Origin: an uncultured delta proteobacterium
GTDB taxonomy: Bacteria > Desulfobacterota > WTBG01 > CAIYCZ01 > CAIRTM01
Direction: 5' to 3'
Length of the DNA stretch: 64,000 nt
NCBI GenBank assembly: GCA_963723235.1
Contig: CAVRPV010000019.1
Span: 18,077-82,076 of the forward strand
The notes beneath the pieces were generated by a model. It was not told the DNA's origin. It ran no database searches and was given only the letters and a program-made list of their open reading frames with translations. A program made the translations under genes and the position numbers. Position 1 is the first letter of the stretch. Every line of letters begins with the position of its first letter. Of this stretch, positions 61,497-64,000 are shown one piece after another.

Positions 61497-63245
61497 TCAA
61501 ACGTGCAGCAAACCGGCGGTTTCACGGGTAACATATGCGCGGATTTCATCGGCGGTACTGAAGGTGAAAAGCTTATCAACAATCTGTGCGCACTGGCGGT
61601 AATCCATTGAACGCAATATCTTTTTTGTCTCCAGGAGAGCGATCGGGGTCATGCTGAGCTCATCGATGCCCAAACCAAGCAGAATCGGCAGGTACATTGG
61701 TTCCCCGGCCATCTCGCCGCACATTGCAACCGGAATGCCCTGCGTGTGCGCGGCATCAATGATGCGGCGCAGCAGGCGCAACACGGCCGGATGCAGCGGT
61801 TCATACAAATAGGAAACCTGTTCATTAACCCGGTCAATCGCCAGCAGATATTGTATCAGGTCATTGGTTCCGATGGAAAAGAAATGAACTTCGCGCGCCA
61901 GCAGATCCGCAATAATACCGGAGGAAGGCACCTCGATCATGCTGCCGATTTCAATGTGCGGGTCATATGCTTTTTTCTCCCGTGACAATTCCGCCATAAC
62001 ATCGGAGAGGATTTCCTTAACCCGCCACATCTCCTCCACGCATGAAATCATGGGAAACATTATTTTCACTTTCCCGAATGCGCTGGCCCGCAAAATCGCC
62101 CGAAGCTGCGTCCGGAAAATAGGTATTTCCTTCAGGCAGAAACGAATCGCACGCAGCCCCATGGCCGGATTCATCTCCTCAGCCATGTCAAGATGTGACA
62201 TAAATTTATCACCGCCGATATCAATTGTACGCACGGTAACCGGCCTGGGTGCAAGCTGCTCGGCAGCCCGCCTGAATATCTGAAAAAGCTCATCTTCGCT
62301 CGGCAACGTCTGCTTGTTGAGATAGAGAAACTCCGTCCGAAACAGCCCGATACCATCAGCGCCGTAATGCTGCACGGTATCAAGCTCTTCGACAATTTCA
62401 ATATTAGCCAGCAGCTTTACCTGGAACCCGTCAATCGACACCGACGGCAGCGTCTTATACCGCATCAGGCTGCGCTCAAACTCCTCGTATTTTCCCTTTT
62501 GCTGGCGGTATTTAAGCAGGGTCTGGGCGTCGGGATTAACAATAACGGCACCGTTAGTACCGTCGACAATGATCAGGTCGCCATTGTTGACAGTGAGCGA
62601 GGCGTCATTGAGCGCCACCACAGCCGGTATTTTCAGAGCGCGCGCCATTATCGCGGTATGCGATGTCTTGCCGCCACAGTCGGTAATAAAACCGAGAACG
62701 GTTTTCACATCAAACCCGGCCGTGTCAGCCGGTGAGAGGTCATTGGCCACGATGATGGTATTTTCACTGGTCCTTATAACCACCTCAACGTTTTTGCCGG
62801 CCAGATTTCTCAGGATCCGCTGTTCGATATAATCAATATCGCTGGTGCGCTCCTGCATATACTCATCGCTGATTTCAGCGATATTTTTCTTAAATTCAGC
62901 CATGACCAGCCCGACTGCCCAGGCTGCGTCAACCTTTTCATCCCGGATGCGGCTCACAACGCTGTTGAGCAGCACCTTATCCTGCAGGATCAGCAGATGC
63001 GTGTCGATAATGTATTCGCCTTCGGGCACATTCTTTTTGCGGACCTCCTGCTTAGCCCGTTCAAGCTGGCCTTTTGAGTCCTCAATGGCCTTGTAAAAAA
63101 ACCCGATTTGCTGCTCAACATCCTCTTCGCTTGAGAGGCGAACGTGTGAAAAGTCGGGCCGCCCGCGGTCAACAAGCATTGCCCTGCCGATAATAATACC
63201 CGGTGAAGCGCCGATCCCGGTCAGGAGTATGTTCTCTTCCATCAC
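61497..63245 (-). CDS. ptsI: Phosphoenolpyruvate--protein phosphotransferase (PTS enzyme I)
   Basis: 582 aa. GGKTSHTAIMAR phospho-His motif and PEP-utilising C-terminal barrel (FFSIGTNDL, CGEMAG). Confidence 0.9.
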   Translation of the reverse strand: MMEENILLTGIGASPGIIIGRAMLVDRGRPDFSHVRLSSEEDVEQQIGFFYKAIEDSKGQLERAKQEVRKKNVPEGEYIIDTHLLILQDKVLLNSVVSRIRDEKVDAAWAVGLVMAEFKKNIAEISDEYMQERTSDIDYIEQRILRNLAGKNVEVVIRTSENTIIVANDLSPADTAGFDVKTVLGFITDCGGKTSHTAIMARALKIPAVVALNDASLTVNNGDLIIVDGTNGAVIVNPDAQTLLKYRQQKGKYEEFERSLMRYKTLPSVSIDGFQVKLLANIEIVEELDTVQHYGADGIGLFRTEFLYLNKQTLPSEDELFQIFRRAAEQLAPRPVTVRTIDIGGDKFMSHLDMAEEMNPAMGLRAIRFCLKEIPIFRTQLRAILRASAFGKVKIMFPMISCVEEMWRVKEILSDVMAELSREKKAYDPHIEIGSMIEVPSSGIIADLLAREVHFFSIGTNDLIQYLLAIDRVNEQVSYLYEPLHPAVLRLLRRIIDAAHTQGIPVAMCGEMAGEPMYLPILLGLGIDELSMTPIALLETKKILRSMDYRQCAQIVDKLFTFSTADEIRAYVTRETAGLLHV

Positions 63246-63302
63246 TGTTTCCGCCCCCGTCTGTTAACCGTTTGCAAGGCCGCCTTACACCCGGACAAAG
63301 AA

Positions 63303-63989
63303 TCAGCTGTCCTCACGGCAGCCCTCAACCACAATCGTAATTTCACCTTTCAGCGTTCGGCCCTCCACGACGCTCAAAATATCCGCAAGGCGCATGCGTA
63401 TGACCTCTTCATGCATTTTAGTCTGCTCCCGCACCAGAACCGCGCGGCGGTCGCCCAGTATTGCAAGCATGTCTGCCAGCGCCTTCGTGATGCGATGCGG
63501 TGATTCATAAAAAATAAGGGTGCGCTCATCCTTAGCAAGCGCTTCCAGGGCCTTGGTGCGCCGATTCGTCTTGGGCGGCAAGAACCCCTCAAACGTAAAA
63601 CGGTGCACCGGCAGCCCGGAAATTGAAAGTGCGGAAACAGCGGCACAGGCCCCCGGCAAAGCCTCAACCGGTATGCCCCGTTCAATCGCTCCGGCCACAA
63701 GGCGGTAGCCCGGATCGGATATGCAGGGTGTGCCCGCATCCGTCACAAGAGCCAGCGTCAACCCCTGCTCAAGCCGGTCAAGCAGCTGCGGCGTTTTATA
63801 CTGTTCATTATGTTCAAAATAACTGGTCTGGGGCTTTTTGATGCTGAAGTGACTCAGCAGCCGCCCGGTCGTGCGGGTATCCTCGGCAGCCACAAGATCA
63901 ACCTCGCCCAGTACCCTCAGGGCCCGCAAGGTAATATCTTCCAGATTGCCGATCGGTGTGGCGATGATATAGAGTTTGCCTGCAGCCAT
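63303..63989 (-). CDS. rsmI: 16S rRNA (cytidine1402-2'-O)-methyltransferase
   Basis: 228 aa. LYIIATPIGNLEDITLRAL...VAAEDTR... typical RsmI N-terminus. Confidence 0.9.
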   Translation of the reverse strand: MAAGKLYIIATPIGNLEDITLRALRVLGEVDLVAAEDTRTTGRLLSHFSIKKPQTSYFEHNEQYKTPQLLDRLEQGLTLALVTDAGTPCISDPGYRLVAGAIERGIPVEALPGACAAVSALSISGLPVHRFTFEGFLPPKTNRRTKALEALAKDERTLIFYESPHRITKALADMLAILGDRRAVLVREQTKMHEEVIRMRLADILSVVEGRTLKGEITIVVEGCREDS

Positions 63990-64000
63990 GCCGCGTCCGC

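Overview
GC-rich 64-kb chromosomal segment. Gene content and protein sequence suggest an anaerobic deltaproteobacterium (Desulfobacterota-like), but this is inference only. It carries about 55 protein genes, mostly housekeeping: nrdD-(thioredoxin-like)-nrdG, mnmG, a PAS histidine kinase plus response regulator, a U32 gene with two radical-SAM genes, aqpZ, speA, djlA, hpt, valS, nadC, coaX, yggT-DivIVA-yggU, a UvrD-type helicase, folK-folE-pabA-pabB, nuoABCD-HI, mutS, tRNA-Met(CAT), the rpsU-dnaG-rpoD operon, ptsI and rsmI. Four things are not ordinary. (1) Nearly every intergenic gap holds short structured repeats of three families: a modular 45-265 bp element with GGCTGTTSAAAAA inverted arms (16 copies or fragments), GTAG-headed REP doublets (REPIN-like, several sequence classes), and an ATTCCGG-N6-CCGGAAT twin-hairpin element. 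Two copies of the first family are bracketed by 16-bp and 20/21-bp direct duplications of host sequence, and one of these rewrote the C-terminus of DnaG. (2) Two AT-richer single-gene inserts (a metallophosphoesterase and a DUF2264 gene) each lie between an intact gene and a diverged duplicate of that gene's 3' end, with no integrase present. (3) Nine reading-frame breaks in six genes are concentrated between 5.3 and 14.8 kb, against one (folK) in the rest of the window. (4) A stand-alone A-T-TE NRPS-like enzyme sits next to an atypical carbamoyltransferase. I saw no CRISPR array, rRNA, transposase, integrase or recognisable defence system. All coordinates, alignments and mismatch counts were made by eye and nothing was computed.
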